In this document: positions 47,842-57,942 of the stretch, in pieces | How the letters are laid out: each line of letters begins with the position of its first letter | Position numbering within the stretch: the stretch's first letter is position 1 | NCBI GenBank assembly: GCA_037135035.1 | Contig: JBAXLB010000001.1 | Location: 23,102 to 87,101 of the forward strand | Source of the DNA: Candidatus Adlerbacteria bacterium | GTDB lineage: Bacteria > Patescibacteriota > Minisyncoccia > Phycocordibacterales > SBAW01 | DNA length: 64,000 nucleotides | Reading direction: 5' to 3' | The notes under the pieces: model-generated | The model's database searches: none | What the model was told of the DNA's origin: nothing | The model's input: the letters and a program-made list of their open reading frames with translations, nothing else | Made by a program: the position numbers and the translations under genes

Positions 47842-48882
47842 ATGGCAATAAAAATAGCAATTAACGGGTTTGGGCGTATTGGACGAGCGTTTATGCGGGT
47901 TGTGCAGGAGCATCCGGAACTAGAAGTGGTAGCAGTCAACGACTTGAGCGATGCCGAAAATTTGGCGTATTTGTTGACACATGACAGCGTCTACGGGCAG
48001 GCAAAATTTCCTGTTGCTACAGAAAACGGCGCACTTGTTGTCGGCGGTACAAAAATTCCTGTCTACGCGGAAGCTGACCCAAGTAACCTCCCATGGAAAG
48101 ACTTAGATATTGATATTGTTGTTGAAAGTACGGGGTTTTTTACAAGTTATGAAAAAGCAAAAGTACATATAGCTGCGGGGGCTAAACGTGTAGTTATCAC
48201 CGCACCTGTTAAAGACGATGCGCCCGAAGGCCTTGCGGGCGCGACTATACTTGTTGGAATTAACGACGATAAATTTGAGACGTCTATTATTACGTCAAAC
48301 GCGTCGTGTACCACAAACGCATCGAGCCCGCTTATACAAATTTTGAACGAGGCTGTCGGAGTTGAAAAAGCAGTACTCTCCACTACCCACGCCTACACGG
48401 CGTCTCAAAACATAGTCGATGGACCAGTTAAAAAAGCAAAAGGTAAAGATGACTTCCGTGACGGACGTGCAGGTGCAGACAATATTGTGCCGTCTTCAAC
48501 CGGCGCGGCAATTGCGGTAACCAAAGCGCTGCCCGAACTTGCAGGTAAATTCGACGGCATTTCCTTGCGCGTGCCGGTTGTTGCAGGTTCTATTGCTGAC
48601 GTAACGTTTATCGCAAAGCGTCCTACAAGTGTGGAAGAGATAAACAATATTTTAACAAACGCTGCAGCAGACGAACGATGGAAACCGGTATTTGCAGTCA
48701 CGACCGAGCCGCTGGTTTCAAGCGACATCCTTGGGAACGCACATGCCTCTATTGCCGACCTGTCTCTCACTCGTGTTGTGGACGGCAACCTGGTCAAAGT
48801 ACTGGCGTGGTACGACAACGAAATGGGGTACACACATTCGCTTGTCGAACATGTAAAGCGCCTCGCGAAGCATATTAAATAG
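47842..48882 (+). CDS. gap: Glyceraldehyde-3-phosphate dehydrogenase
   Basis: 'IAINGFGRIGR' NAD-binding N-terminus and a GAPDH catalytic-domain pattern. Confidence 0.9.
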   Translation: MAIKIAINGFGRIGRAFMRVVQEHPELEVVAVNDLSDAENLAYLLTHDSVYGQAKFPVATENGALVVGGTKIPVYAEADPSNLPWKDLDIDIVVESTGFFTSYEKAKVHIAAGAKRVVITAPVKDDAPEGLAGATILVGINDDKFETSIITSNASCTTNASSPLIQILNEAVGVEKAVLSTTHAYTASQNIVDGPVKKAKGKDDFRDGRAGADNIVPSSTGAAIAVTKALPELAGKFDGISLRVPVVAGSIADVTFIAKRPTSVEEINNILTNAAADERWKPVFAVTTEPLVSSDILGNAHASIADLSLTRVVDGNLVKVLAWYDNEMGYTHSLVEHVKRLAKHIK

Positions 48883-48883
48883 T

Positions 48884-49330
48884 ATGCGCATCTATCTGGC
48901 GTCCGACCACGCGGGTTTTGAATTAAAAAATTCTCTAGCTTCTTTTTTGCATGAGAGGGGAGACGAGGTGCAAGATGTGGGTCCACATACGCGAGTAGAA
49001 GACGATGACTATCCAGACTATATAGTACCGCTTGCAAAAAAAGTTGCTGAAACACCCGGGAGTTTTGGTATTGCTGTTGGGGGCTCGGGCCAAGGGGAGG
49101 CAATGGCCGCCAACCGTGTAAAAGGAATAAGGGCGGCTGTGTATTACGGAAATAATCTCGATATTCTAAAGCTGTCACGTGAGCATAACGACACAAATAT
49201 TCTTTCTTTAGGTGCGCGATTTCTTTCTGACGAAGAAGCAAAAGAAGCTGTAGAGCTTTGGTTGAGCGTTCCCTTTAGTGGCGACGAGCGCCACGTGCGA
49301 CGTATAGCTAAACTCGACCAGCATGATTGA
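48884..49330 (+). CDS. rpiB: Ribose-5-phosphate isomerase B
   Basis: 'MRIYLASDHAGFELK' RpiB/LacAB family N-terminus, 148 aa. Confidence 0.85.
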   Translation: MRIYLASDHAGFELKNSLASFLHERGDEVQDVGPHTRVEDDDYPDYIVPLAKKVAETPGSFGIAVGGSGQGEAMAANRVKGIRAAVYYGNNLDILKLSREHNDTNILSLGARFLSDEEAKEAVELWLSVPFSGDERHVRRIAKLDQHD

Positions 49331-50012
49331 GATCGTCCCTGCCATACTTCCAAAAAGTGTTACTGATTTAGAAATTAACCTAGTGCGTATTGAAAACGCA
49401 GGAGGTACGGTGCAAGTCGACATGGTCGACGGCGTGTATGCAAAAAATAAAACCTGGCCGTACTCTGCGCCAGGCTCGTTTGAAGCGTTTGTGTCGGGTG
49501 ATGAGGGTCTGCCGCACTGGGGGCAGTTCGACTTCCAGTTTGACGTGATGGCAGAACATCCAGAACTTGATGTGGAAAATTTTGTCCGTGCAGGTGCTGC
49601 GGGTATTGTGTTGCACGCAAAAGCTGCGGGTGCACTTGCAGCTATGCATCTGCTACAACAATACCGGGGGACAGAACTGGTGCCGGTTGAGGTCGGCATT
49701 GCACTTATGCCAGGTGCCCCGCTCGACGCCCTCCTGCCTTTTGAGGGGCTTTATGACTTTGTGCAGGTGATGGGTATCGGGCGTGTTGGCTTCCAAGGCC
49801 AAGAGTTTGATGAGCGTTGTTTAAGTTTGGTGCAAACATTGCGCGCAGCACACCCAGAACTTTTTATACAAGTCGACGGAGGTATCACACTAGAACATGT
49901 TCGCGTGCTTACGCAGGCCGGCGCTAACCGACTTGTGGTCGGGCACGATATACTTGAGGCAGATGACCCGCTCGAAGAAATTAGCCGCTTGCGAGGGGAG
50001 TCACGTATATAA
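49323..50012 (+). CDS. rpe: Ribulose-phosphate 3-epimerase-like TIM-barrel enzyme
   Basis: 'IEIVPAIL' start and 'VDGGITLEHVRVLTQAGANRLVVG' C-terminal phosphate-binding motif. Pentose-phosphate context. Confidence 0.6.
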   Translation: MIEIVPAILPKSVTDLEINLVRIENAGGTVQVDMVDGVYAKNKTWPYSAPGSFEAFVSGDEGLPHWGQFDFQFDVMAEHPELDVENFVRAGAAGIVLHAKAAGALAAMHLLQQYRGTELVPVEVGIALMPGAPLDALLPFEGLYDFVQVMGIGRVGFQGQEFDERCLSLVQTLRAAHPELFIQVDGGITLEHVRVLTQAGANRLVVGHDILEADDPLEEISRLRGESRI

Positions 50013-50867
50013 ATGTTGACCGAACAAAAAATAAAAGAACTTGAGCTGCGCGCAGAAGCCGTGCGCGAGACAATTGTTGAAATGCTCACGGCTGCAGGTA
50101 GCGGCCACACGGCGGGGCCACTTGGCATGGCCGACATTTTTGCTGCATTGTATTTTTATATTTTAAAACATGACCCGCATAACCCGGGCTGGGAGGAACG
50201 CGACCGACTGATACTTTCAAACGGGCATATTGTGCCGGTGCGCTATGCCGCAATGGCACACGCAGGGTATTTTCCTGTTGCTGAATGTTTAACTCTGCGC
50301 AAATTTGGGAGCCGCCTGCAAGGCCATCCGGAACGTTTGCGGTTGCCGGGCTTGGAAACTACGTCGGGGCCACTCGGCTCGGGGCTTTCGCAAGCAGCAG
50401 GATACGCATATGGCGCACGCATGGACGATAAAAAATTCCGTGTCTACTGTGCAATGTCCGACGGCGAACAAGATGCAGGGAACGTGTGGGAGGCAGCGAT
50501 GTTTGCCGGCAACAACAAGCTTTCAAACCTTACTGCAATAGTGGACCGCAACAATATCCAGATAAACGGTATGACCGAACATGTGATGCCTCTCGAACAT
50601 TTGCGAGCTAAGTACGAAGCATTTAACTGGCACGTGATTGAAGTTGACGGGCATAACATACGCGAGTTTGTCGATGCAACAGAGCAAGCAAAAGCCATTT
50701 ATGAGCGCCCGACGGTAATTATTGCACACACCATACCGGGAAAGGGAATTAAAGAAATTGAATTCGACTACCGTTGGCATGGCAAACCGCCAAGTAAAGA
50801 GGAAGCGCAGAAGTTCCTTGCCGAACTGCGCACACTGAAAGGAAAGATAGCAAGCGAACACGAATAA
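50013..50867 (+). CDS. Transketolase, N-terminal (TPP-binding) subunit
   Basis: 'GSGHTAGPLGMADIFAALYF' and 'SNGH' motifs of the transketolase PP domain. A separate ORF from the C-terminal half. Confidence 0.85.
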   Translation: MLTEQKIKELELRAEAVRETIVEMLTAAGSGHTAGPLGMADIFAALYFYILKHDPHNPGWEERDRLILSNGHIVPVRYAAMAHAGYFPVAECLTLRKFGSRLQGHPERLRLPGLETTSGPLGSGLSQAAGYAYGARMDDKKFRVYCAMSDGEQDAGNVWEAAMFAGNNKLSNLTAIVDRNNIQINGMTEHVMPLEHLRAKYEAFNWHVIEVDGHNIREFVDATEQAKAIYERPTVIIAHTIPGKGIKEIEFDYRWHGKPPSKEEAQKFLAELRTLKGKIASEHE

Positions 50868-50868
50868 T

Positions 50869-51864
50869 ATGTTAAACCCTGCTGCAAAATTAAATACGGA
50901 GACTTTTTCTTCCCAAACCCCTTCTCTCGCGGCTACTCGTGATGGGTTTGGAAAAGGCCTGTTGGAGCTGGGAGAAAAAGACCCGCGCGTCCTCGCACTG
51001 TGCGCCGACTTGGCCGAGTCGACCCGCATGCTTGCCTTCAAAGAAAAATATCCCGAGCGGTACATTGAGCTTGGCGTTGCCGAGCAAAACTTGGCGGCGG
51101 TCGCAAGCGGGTTGGCAAACTACGGGAAAATTCCTTTTATAGCGTCGTACGCTGCCTTTTCCCCTGGTCGCAACAACGAACAAATTCGCACCACAATTTC
51201 CCTAAACAACGTTCCTGTCAAAATTGTAGGTTCGCATGCAGGGCTTTCAGTGGGCCCGGACGGCGCAACCCACCAAGCTCTTGAGGACATTGCACTCATG
51301 CGTGTACAGCCAAACATGACGGTGTTGTCTCCGTGCGACGAGGAAGAAGCTCGCAAGGCAACACTCGCGGCAGCTGCGCATGACGGCCCTGTGTACATCC
51401 GTTTGGCGCGCGAAAAGACACCGGTGATGACCACAGTAGAATCACCATTTGCTATTGGACGCGCAAATTTGCTTTGGCTGGGCGAAAACCCACAAGTCAC
51501 TATATTTGCAACGGGACCGCTCGTGTACCAGGCGCTTCAAGCTGCAAAAGAATTGGAAAGCGAAATTTCAGTTTCTGTAATTAATATACACACTATAAAA
51601 CCGCTCGACACAGCAGCTATCCTCGCCGCTGCAAAAAACTCAGGCGCAGTAGTGACTGTTGAAGAACATCAAATTGCTGGGGGCTTGGGTAGTGCTGTTG
51701 CTGAAGCGCTCGCGCAGGCTTACCCGGTACCAATAGAATTTGTTGGCGTTCGAGACCAGTTTGGACAGTCGGGGGAGCCGGCAGAATTGCTGGCGCACTA
51801 CAAGCTAGACACCCCTGCAATTAAAGAGGCCGTTAAAACTGTTTTTGCACGAAAGCTACAGTAG
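50869..51864 (+). CDS. Transketolase, C-terminal (Pyr-binding + C-terminal domain) subunit
   Basis: Pyrimidine-binding-domain pattern 'ELGVAEQNLAAVASGLA...GSHAGLSVGPDGATHQALEDIALMR'. Confidence 0.85.
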   Translation: MLNPAAKLNTETFSSQTPSLAATRDGFGKGLLELGEKDPRVLALCADLAESTRMLAFKEKYPERYIELGVAEQNLAAVASGLANYGKIPFIASYAAFSPGRNNEQIRTTISLNNVPVKIVGSHAGLSVGPDGATHQALEDIALMRVQPNMTVLSPCDEEEARKATLAAAAHDGPVYIRLAREKTPVMTTVESPFAIGRANLLWLGENPQVTIFATGPLVYQALQAAKELESEISVSVINIHTIKPLDTAAILAAAKNSGAVVTVEEHQIAGGLGSAVAEALAQAYPVPIEFVGVRDQFGQSGEPAELLAHYKLDTPAIKEAVKTVFARKLQ

Positions 51865-51879
51865 CGCTGAACCACAGAG

Positions 51880-52908
51880 CTACATTTTTTCTAGTTTGTA
51901 TTCGGCTGGTGCGTTTTGTATATACTCTTCTAATTTTTCGCGTGTCAGCAAGCCTTTTTGTGCGCCGACTTCTTGCACGACACACATTGCATTGACCGGG
52001 CCCCAGAGCAATGCTTCCTGTAGTGGCTTTCCGAGTGCAAGTGCTGCAGTAACGCTCGACGCAAAGGCATCTCCTGCGCCCGTACGTTCAAACGGCGGCC
52101 TGGTGTCTGGGTACATTGGTACAAACCAAAACGTGCCGTCTTCTGTACGCGCATACGCGCCTTTTCTGTCGTTGGTGATTACTACAATTTTTGGACCGAG
52201 CGCGTGCAGGCCTTCGAGTAATTTTTTTATATCGTCTGCCTCGCCCGTGGCCGGGCTATGGCCGAGGGTTGCTTCGACTTGTAAAATCCGCTGCGCCTCT
52301 TCTTTGTTGCAGACAAACAAACTGGTTCGCTTATAGATACTTTTTAGAGCTTCCACTCCCAACTTCATCTGGAATGTACCTGGTTGGAAGGCGAGTTTTG
52401 TGTTTGGATTTTTCTCGAGCCATTCGCCCAGTGCCGTGTGGTAGGGAAGCGAATTGTCTGCGAGCGACGAAAGGTATATCCACTTCACTGATGTAGGGAT
52501 TTCCGGTAGGCGATAGTCGTAGTTTTCATGTTTTACCAAAATAGTGCGCTCCGTTTCGTACCACAGCACATAGTGGTAATTGCTGGGGCGGCTAGGGTCC
52601 TTCACCATAAACGTGATGTCCACTTTTTCTGCTTTCAAAACTGCTAAGCAGTCCTCGCCGTACCTATCTTCGCCGGTATATGCACGGAGTGCGGAACTTA
52701 AGCCCAAACGTGCCGCTGCGACTGTAGCATTGGACGCGTTACCCACCGCAGGCATCAATATAAAGTAGTCGTAGGGGATTTTGTCACCCCACTTCATGCA
52801 AATTTCGCATTGTTCGGAGTCTAATTTGCAATGGACGTTCGCTTCTTTCAGCCGGATAAAAGGTTCCGTCACAATATCTCCAATAGCAAAAAAATCGATC
52901 GGCTCCAT
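51880..52908 (-). CDS. PfkB-family carbohydrate kinase (ribokinase/phosphofructokinase-like)
   Basis: PfkB signature 'GAGDAFASSVTAALALG' near the C-terminus. Confidence 0.7.
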   Translation of the reverse strand: MEPIDFFAIGDIVTEPFIRLKEANVHCKLDSEQCEICMKWGDKIPYDYFILMPAVGNASNATVAAARLGLSSALRAYTGEDRYGEDCLAVLKAEKVDITFMVKDPSRPSNYHYVLWYETERTILVKHENYDYRLPEIPTSVKWIYLSSLADNSLPYHTALGEWLEKNPNTKLAFQPGTFQMKLGVEALKSIYKRTSLFVCNKEEAQRILQVEATLGHSPATGEADDIKKLLEGLHALGPKIVVITNDRKGAYARTEDGTFWFVPMYPDTRPPFERTGAGDAFASSVTAALALGKPLQEALLWGPVNAMCVVQEVGAQKGLLTREKLEEYIQNAPAEYKLEKM

Positions 52909-52931
52909 ATCAACTAGTATATACTGATTCT

Positions 52932-53789
52932 ATGCAAACATTACGGGAGACAATTCAGGAATATAAAGACAGCAAGAAAGCGCTCGGGCATTTTAATTTT
53001 TCCGACTCAAACCAGCTGGCAGCAATTGCCGCAGCTGCAAAAGAATGTGGGCTGCCGGTTGTTGCAGGACTTTCCGAAGGCGAGCGCGCATTTTTCCCAC
53101 TTGCGCATGCGCGTGCACTGGTTGACCTCTACCAAGCACAGGGAATTCAAATATATGTAAATGCCGACCACACCTACAGTGTGGAAAAAGTGCAGCATGC
53201 CATTGCCGACGGCGCCGACTCGGTTGTTGTTGACGGTGCAAAGCTGCCCTTTGAAGAAAACGAACATTTGCTCGCGACCTGCGTAAAGTACGCACGTGCC
53301 AGCGGACGCGATGTGCTTATGGAAGGCGAACTTGGCTATATTGGTACGTCGTCAAATGTAATGGCTACGCTGCCCGAAGGCGCTGCCATAACAGAAGAGA
53401 TGATGACTAACCCGGACGAGTTAAAACGTTTGGTGGAAGAGACGGGTATAGACTTGGTGGCGCCTGCAGTCGGTAACATTCACGGTATTGTGTTGCAGGG
53501 CCAACCAAAACTTTCTATCACGCGCATTGCTCAACTTAATGCCGCAGCCGGAGTGCCACTTGTATTGCACGGCGGGTCTGGCTCGTCTGACACAGAGTTT
53601 GTGCAAGCAGTGCAGGCTGGGGTTGTGATGATACATATCAACACCGACCTGCGCGTGCTCTACCACGACACTCTAAAAAACACGCTTGATACGGGAACTG
53701 AGACTACCCCCTACAAATTCCTGACCCCCTCAGTCCAAAAAATGCAGGCATACGTCTCCCAGAAAATCCGCCTCTTTGCAGGGCAGTAA
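52932..53789 (+). CDS. fba: Class II fructose-bisphosphate aldolase
   Basis: 'ALGHFNFSDSNQ' N-terminal region. 'LHGGSG' and 'HINTDLR' class-II aldolase motifs. Confidence 0.85.
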   Translation: MQTLRETIQEYKDSKKALGHFNFSDSNQLAAIAAAAKECGLPVVAGLSEGERAFFPLAHARALVDLYQAQGIQIYVNADHTYSVEKVQHAIADGADSVVVDGAKLPFEENEHLLATCVKYARASGRDVLMEGELGYIGTSSNVMATLPEGAAITEEMMTNPDELKRLVEETGIDLVAPAVGNIHGIVLQGQPKLSITRIAQLNAAAGVPLVLHGGSGSSDTEFVQAVQAGVVMIHINTDLRVLYHDTLKNTLDTGTETTPYKFLTPSVQKMQAYVSQKIRLFAGQ

Positions 53790-53827
53790 AGGTTGCCTTT
53801 TCTAGTACTTTTGGTATACTCGCTCGC

Positions 53828-54475
53828 ATGCAACTGACGATAGAAAAGCGCGATATAACCAAAAAAGCCAAGGCCCTCCGCGAGGCGGGAGTCTTGCCAG
53901 CGGTCGTCTATGGCCGTAGCGAAGAGTCGACTCCAATTTCGATAAACCGCAAAGACTTCGAAAAGCTTTTTAAAACAGCAGGTTCGTCTACTGTTATTAC
54001 TCTTACCGGTGTGGGCGAAGACAAAGATGCGCTCATCCACGACGTATCGTTCCATGCAGTTTCTGGCGCACCACTGCACGCCGACTTTTACGCAATTGAA
54101 AAAGGTCAGACAGTTACTGTGTCGGTGCCGTTCGAATTTGATGGCGTGTCACCTGCAGTTAAAGAGCTCGGTGGTATTTTGGTTAAGGTTATGCACGAAC
54201 TCGAAATGGAAGTCTTGCCAAAAGACTTGCCGAGCTCAATCCGCGTTGATATTTCAAAGCTTACAGACCTTGATAGCCAGATAAAAATTAAAGATTTAGA
54301 TATTCCTAAAAGCGCAGTAATCAGCGTCGACGTGGAAGAAGTTGTCGCCATGGTGGACACTGCAAAAGAAGAAACTGAAGAAAGTGCACCGATGGACCTT
54401 TCTGCAATTGAAACCAGCGTCGAGCGTGGTAAAAAACCAGAAGACGCGCCCGTCGAAGGAGAATCAGCAGAATAA
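53828..54475 (+). CDS. rplY: 50S ribosomal protein bL25 (general stress protein Ctc form)
   Basis: 'LTIEKRDITKKAKALREAGVLPAVVYGR' L25 N-terminus with an acidic C-terminal extension. Confidence 0.85.
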   Translation: MQLTIEKRDITKKAKALREAGVLPAVVYGRSEESTPISINRKDFEKLFKTAGSSTVITLTGVGEDKDALIHDVSFHAVSGAPLHADFYAIEKGQTVTVSVPFEFDGVSPAVKELGGILVKVMHELEMEVLPKDLPSSIRVDISKLTDLDSQIKIKDLDIPKSAVISVDVEEVVAMVDTAKEETEESAPMDLSAIETSVERGKKPEDAPVEGESAE

Positions 54476-54481
54476 CACCAA

Positions 54482-54510
54482 CTGTCCCGCGCTCGCGGGG
54501 CAGTTTTGTT
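54482..54510 (+). terminator. Rho-independent terminator after rplY
   Basis: 'ctgtcccgcg-ctc-gcggggcag' hairpin followed by 'TTTTGTTTT'. Confidence 0.55.
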
Positions 54511-54574
54511 TTATATGGGTCATTCATTTCGTCCCCGGCAGGGAGCTTTTTGGTCTGGTAGAATAGAAGGATAC

Positions 54575-55942
54575 ATGAAGCGACTGCTGTGCTACATAGG
54601 TTTTTTTACTATTGCCGTTCTGTTTGTGTCCGCGGCACATGCACCCGTATTTCAGGTGCCTACCGTACACGCCCAAGACTTAACCCCTGAACAACGCGCC
54701 CAACTCCAAACCGAGTACGACCAGCTACAGGCTGAAATTGCGCAGTGGCAAAAAGTACTCGACGACACAAAGGCAAAAAAGAACACGCTTACCGGCGACG
54801 TTACCTCTTTGACTGCGCAGATAAACAAAGCGCAAGCGCAAATAGACCAGCGCAACATTACGATAAAAACACTCGGTAGTGAGATAACAAAAAAGACCGC
54901 AACAATACAAACGCTCGAACAAAAAATAGAGGCGGGGCACGATTCGTTGTCTAAACTTATTCGTGAAAAGAACGAGGCAGAAAGTACGCCTCTTGCGATG
55001 GTTGCACTTTCTTCAGAAACACTGTCCAGTTTTTTTGATGACGTGCAGTCTATCGACACTATAGACCAGCAGCTCCAAGACCTTTTTAACCAGCTGCGCG
55101 GTGTAAAAACCGAAACACAAAACGAAAAAGACGCCCTCGCAGCTAAGCAAAGTGCACAAGTTGATGCCCGCTACAAAGTGGAGCTGACACAGCAGCAGAT
55201 AAACGCTGACAAGCAGCAAAAAAAGCAGCTCTTGGCTATAACTACTAACCAAGAAACGCAGTATCAAAAAGTACTTGCCGCAAACCAGGCAAAAGCCGCA
55301 GCTATTCGTGCGGCGCTGTTTCCCCTGCGTGACGCGGCCGCTATTGAGTTCGGTGCGGCGCTGCAGTTTGCCCAGGTTGCACAGAAGTCGACCGGCGTCG
55401 ACCCAGCTTTGGTGCTTGCGATACTTACCCAAGAGTCAAACTTAGGCGCAAATGTAGGGCAGTGCTATTTAAAAGACGAAACAACTGGTGCAGGGGTGGG
55501 TAAAAATAGTGGGAAAGCATTTGCAAAAGTTATGAGCCCGACCCGCGATGTGCCGCCGTTTTTGGCGCTCGCAGACAAGCTTGGATTTGACCCACACGGG
55601 CAGGTGGTGTCGTGTCCTATTGCAAGTGCTGGCGGGTGGGGAGGTGCAATGGGTCCTGCGCAATTTATCCCGTCAACCTGGGCGCTGTACGCAAAACGTA
55701 TTGCCGCGGCTGACGGCGTGTCAACCGCAAACCCTTGGAACCCGCAAGACGCTATAACCGCGATGTCTGTGTACCTCGGCGACTTGGGGGCAGACAAGGG
55801 AGGATACACAGCGGAGTCTACTGCGGCTGCCAAATACTACGCTGGAGGAGCCTGGGCAACCGCTGGGAAGACCTATGCAAGCCAAGTTATGTCGCGAGTG
55901 GCCGCGATACAGCAAAATATCGACTTCTTGAACGATCTATAA
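54575..55942 (+). CDS. Secreted coiled-coil protein with C-terminal lytic-transglycosylase (SLT/lysozyme-like) domain
   Basis: Signal peptide, ~200 aa of Gln/Ala/Lys-rich coiled coil, then 'AILTQESNLG...GAMGPAQFIPSTW' resembling the SLT catalytic Glu and GLMQ...T motifs. Confidence 0.5.
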   Translation: MKRLLCYIGFFTIAVLFVSAAHAPVFQVPTVHAQDLTPEQRAQLQTEYDQLQAEIAQWQKVLDDTKAKKNTLTGDVTSLTAQINKAQAQIDQRNITIKTLGSEITKKTATIQTLEQKIEAGHDSLSKLIREKNEAESTPLAMVALSSETLSSFFDDVQSIDTIDQQLQDLFNQLRGVKTETQNEKDALAAKQSAQVDARYKVELTQQQINADKQQKKQLLAITTNQETQYQKVLAANQAKAAAIRAALFPLRDAAAIEFGAALQFAQVAQKSTGVDPALVLAILTQESNLGANVGQCYLKDETTGAGVGKNSGKAFAKVMSPTRDVPPFLALADKLGFDPHGQVVSCPIASAGGWGGAMGPAQFIPSTWALYAKRIAAADGVSTANPWNPQDAITAMSVYLGDLGADKGGYTAESTAAAKYYAGGAWATAGKTYASQVMSRVAAIQQNIDFLNDL

Positions 55943-55964
55943 CCCTGTGCTATAGTGTAGGTAT

Positions 55965-56174
55965 ATGAAGACAGAAACGCACCCAACCTATTTTGCTGAG
56001 GCAAAAGTTACCTGCGCATGCGGACGGGCCTTTACTGTGGGCTCAACGCAGGAAAAACTCTCTGTCGAAATTTGCAGCGCATGCCACCCGTTCTATACCG
56101 GTAACGAAAAGATCTTGGATGCCGCAGGTCGCGTAGAAAAATTCAGAGCTCGTCGCGCAGCCGCAAAAAAGTAG
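55965..56174 (+). CDS. rpmE: 50S ribosomal protein bL31
   Basis: '[15 protein letters not shown]...[10 protein letters not shown]' zinc-ribbon L31 signature. Confidence 0.9.
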   Translation: MKTETHPTYFAEAKVTCACGRAFTVGSTQEKLSVEICSACHPFYTGNEKILDAAGRVEKFRARRAAAKK

Positions 56175-57146
56175 ATGGCTACAGAGGCGGACTTGCTCCT
56201 CTATAAAGAAAACCCAAAGACCGCATATTTTGCTGCGGAGCTCGAACGCTTGGCTGTAGAAGAAAAGGAGCTTAAAGAAATGGCAACGGGCGACTTGGGA
56301 GAACTTGCCAAGGACGACCTTGCACGCATTGAAGAACAAAAAGCAGCCTTGCTCGCGGAGATAGAGAAAATTTTAGATAAAGAAAAACTCGAGGAAGAGT
56401 TCCCCAACGAAGCGATTTTGGAAATCCGCGCAGGCGTAGGTGGGGAAGAGGCTGCATTGTTTGCTGAAGAGCTTTCCCACATGTATCGCGCATATGCCGA
56501 CCAGTGTGGCTGGCAGGTGCGTGTGCTTTCGGAGTCTAAGACCGACCTTGGGGGATATAAAGAAGTTGTGCTTGAAGTAAAAGGCCTCGAAGTATACAAA
56601 CGCCTCCGGTTCGAAACTGGTGTGCACCGCGTCCAACGAATACCTGCAACAGAAAAGTCCGGTCGCGTCCATACGTCGACTGCGTCGGTTGCTATTTTGC
56701 CGATACGCAAAAAACACACTATAGAAATTAACCCTGGCGATATCGAAATGGAATTTTCGCGTGCGGGGGGTGCGGGCGGACAGAACGTCAACAAAGTGGA
56801 AACTGCGGTGCGCATTGTGCACAAACCAACAGGCTTGGAAGCGCGTTCGCAGTCGGAGAGAAACCAGTTGGGTAACCGCGAAAAGGCGATGGCCGTGCTC
56901 TTGGCAAAACTTGAACAGCACGAAGAAGAAAAGGCTCGGGCGAAGCTTTCGGCTGACCGGAAGCTACAAATTGGTACTGGCGACAGGTCGGAAAAAGTGC
57001 GCACCTACAACGTGCTCCAAGACCGTATCACCGACCACCGCATTAAAGAGAGTTGGCACAACTTACCGCTTATTTTTGCCGGTAACATTAACCCCATGCT
57101 CGACGCCCTGGCCGCGGCCCAGACCGGGGTGGAGGCGGTTGCATAA
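56175..57146 (+). CDS. prfA: Peptide chain release factor 1
   Basis: 'PAT' tripeptide ('[13 protein letters not shown]') and a 'GGQ' motif ('[19 protein letters not shown]'). Confidence 0.9.
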   Translation: MATEADLLLYKENPKTAYFAAELERLAVEEKELKEMATGDLGELAKDDLARIEEQKAALLAEIEKILDKEKLEEEFPNEAILEIRAGVGGEEAALFAEELSHMYRAYADQCGWQVRVLSESKTDLGGYKEVVLEVKGLEVYKRLRFETGVHRVQRIPATEKSGRVHTSTASVAILPIRKKHTIEINPGDIEMEFSRAGGAGGQNVNKVETAVRIVHKPTGLEARSQSERNQLGNREKAMAVLLAKLEQHEEEKARAKLSADRKLQIGTGDRSEKVRTYNVLQDRITDHRIKESWHNLPLIFAGNINPMLDALAAAQTGVEAVA

Positions 57147-57181
57147 CCAGTGTGGCCGTGCTATTCTAGCCCGTATCTTAT

Positions 57182-57916
57182 ATGGAAAAAAACGAATCAG
57201 TTATAGACAAGTTGTTTTCGCTCGGAGCCCATTTTGGCTACGCGCCGTCACGCCGCCACCCGTCTGTTGCACCGTATATTTTCGGTAGCAAAGGAGGTAC
57301 TGAATTGTTTGACCTCGAACGCACATCGGTGTGTTTTACCGACGCGCTCGAATATATAAAAACACTCGCAGCAGCGCGTAAAACGGTACTTTTTGTCGGC
57401 AGCAAAGCTGAGGCTCGCGAAGCCTTGAAGCGCGCCGCAGAACGCTTAAACCAGCCGTACGTTGCGTCACGTTGGATAGGCGGCACACTCACCAACTTTT
57501 CTGAAATCAAAAAGCGCCTTAACCTTTTGACCGAACAAACCGACCAGCGCGAAAAGGGCGAATTGCAGAAGTTTACTAAACACGAACGTTTGCTTATTGA
57601 CCGCAATATCACCGACCTGGAAGCAATGTTTGGAGGCTTGAAGGGCATGAACAAACTCCCCGACGCTTTGTTTATTGTCGACCCACGTCAGGAAAGTGGC
57701 GCAGTTGCAGAGGCGCGCCAACTAAACATCCCAATTGTTTCGTTGCTTAACTCCGACTGCGATAAGAGCCTTATCACATACCCAATTCCTGCAAACGACG
57801 CGTCTCTCCAGGTAGTAGCGTACGTGCTCGACGAAGTTGCAAAAACATACGAAAGCAATATGGGCGCAGTGCCCACCGCAGACTCTCTTGCGGCAGCACC
57901 TGCAGTAGCAGCGTAG
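57182..57916 (+). CDS. rpsB: 30S ribosomal protein S2
   Basis: 'LFSLGAHFGYAPSRRHPSVAPYIFGSKGGTELFDLERT' S2 pattern. Confidence 0.9.
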   Translation: MEKNESVIDKLFSLGAHFGYAPSRRHPSVAPYIFGSKGGTELFDLERTSVCFTDALEYIKTLAAARKTVLFVGSKAEAREALKRAAERLNQPYVASRWIGGTLTNFSEIKKRLNLLTEQTDQREKGELQKFTKHERLLIDRNITDLEAMFGGLKGMNKLPDALFIVDPRQESGAVAEARQLNIPIVSLLNSDCDKSLITYPIPANDASLQVVAYVLDEVAKTYESNMGAVPTADSLAAAPAVAA

Positions 57917-57942
57917 TTCTTTAGCCCTAACATAAAATATAT

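Noticed and set aside
56201-57004. 267-aa minus-strand ORF antisense to prfA
   Set aside because: It overlaps RF1, which carries the GGQ and PAT motifs. The Ser/Ala-rich translation is typical of the antisense strand of a GC-rich coding sequence.
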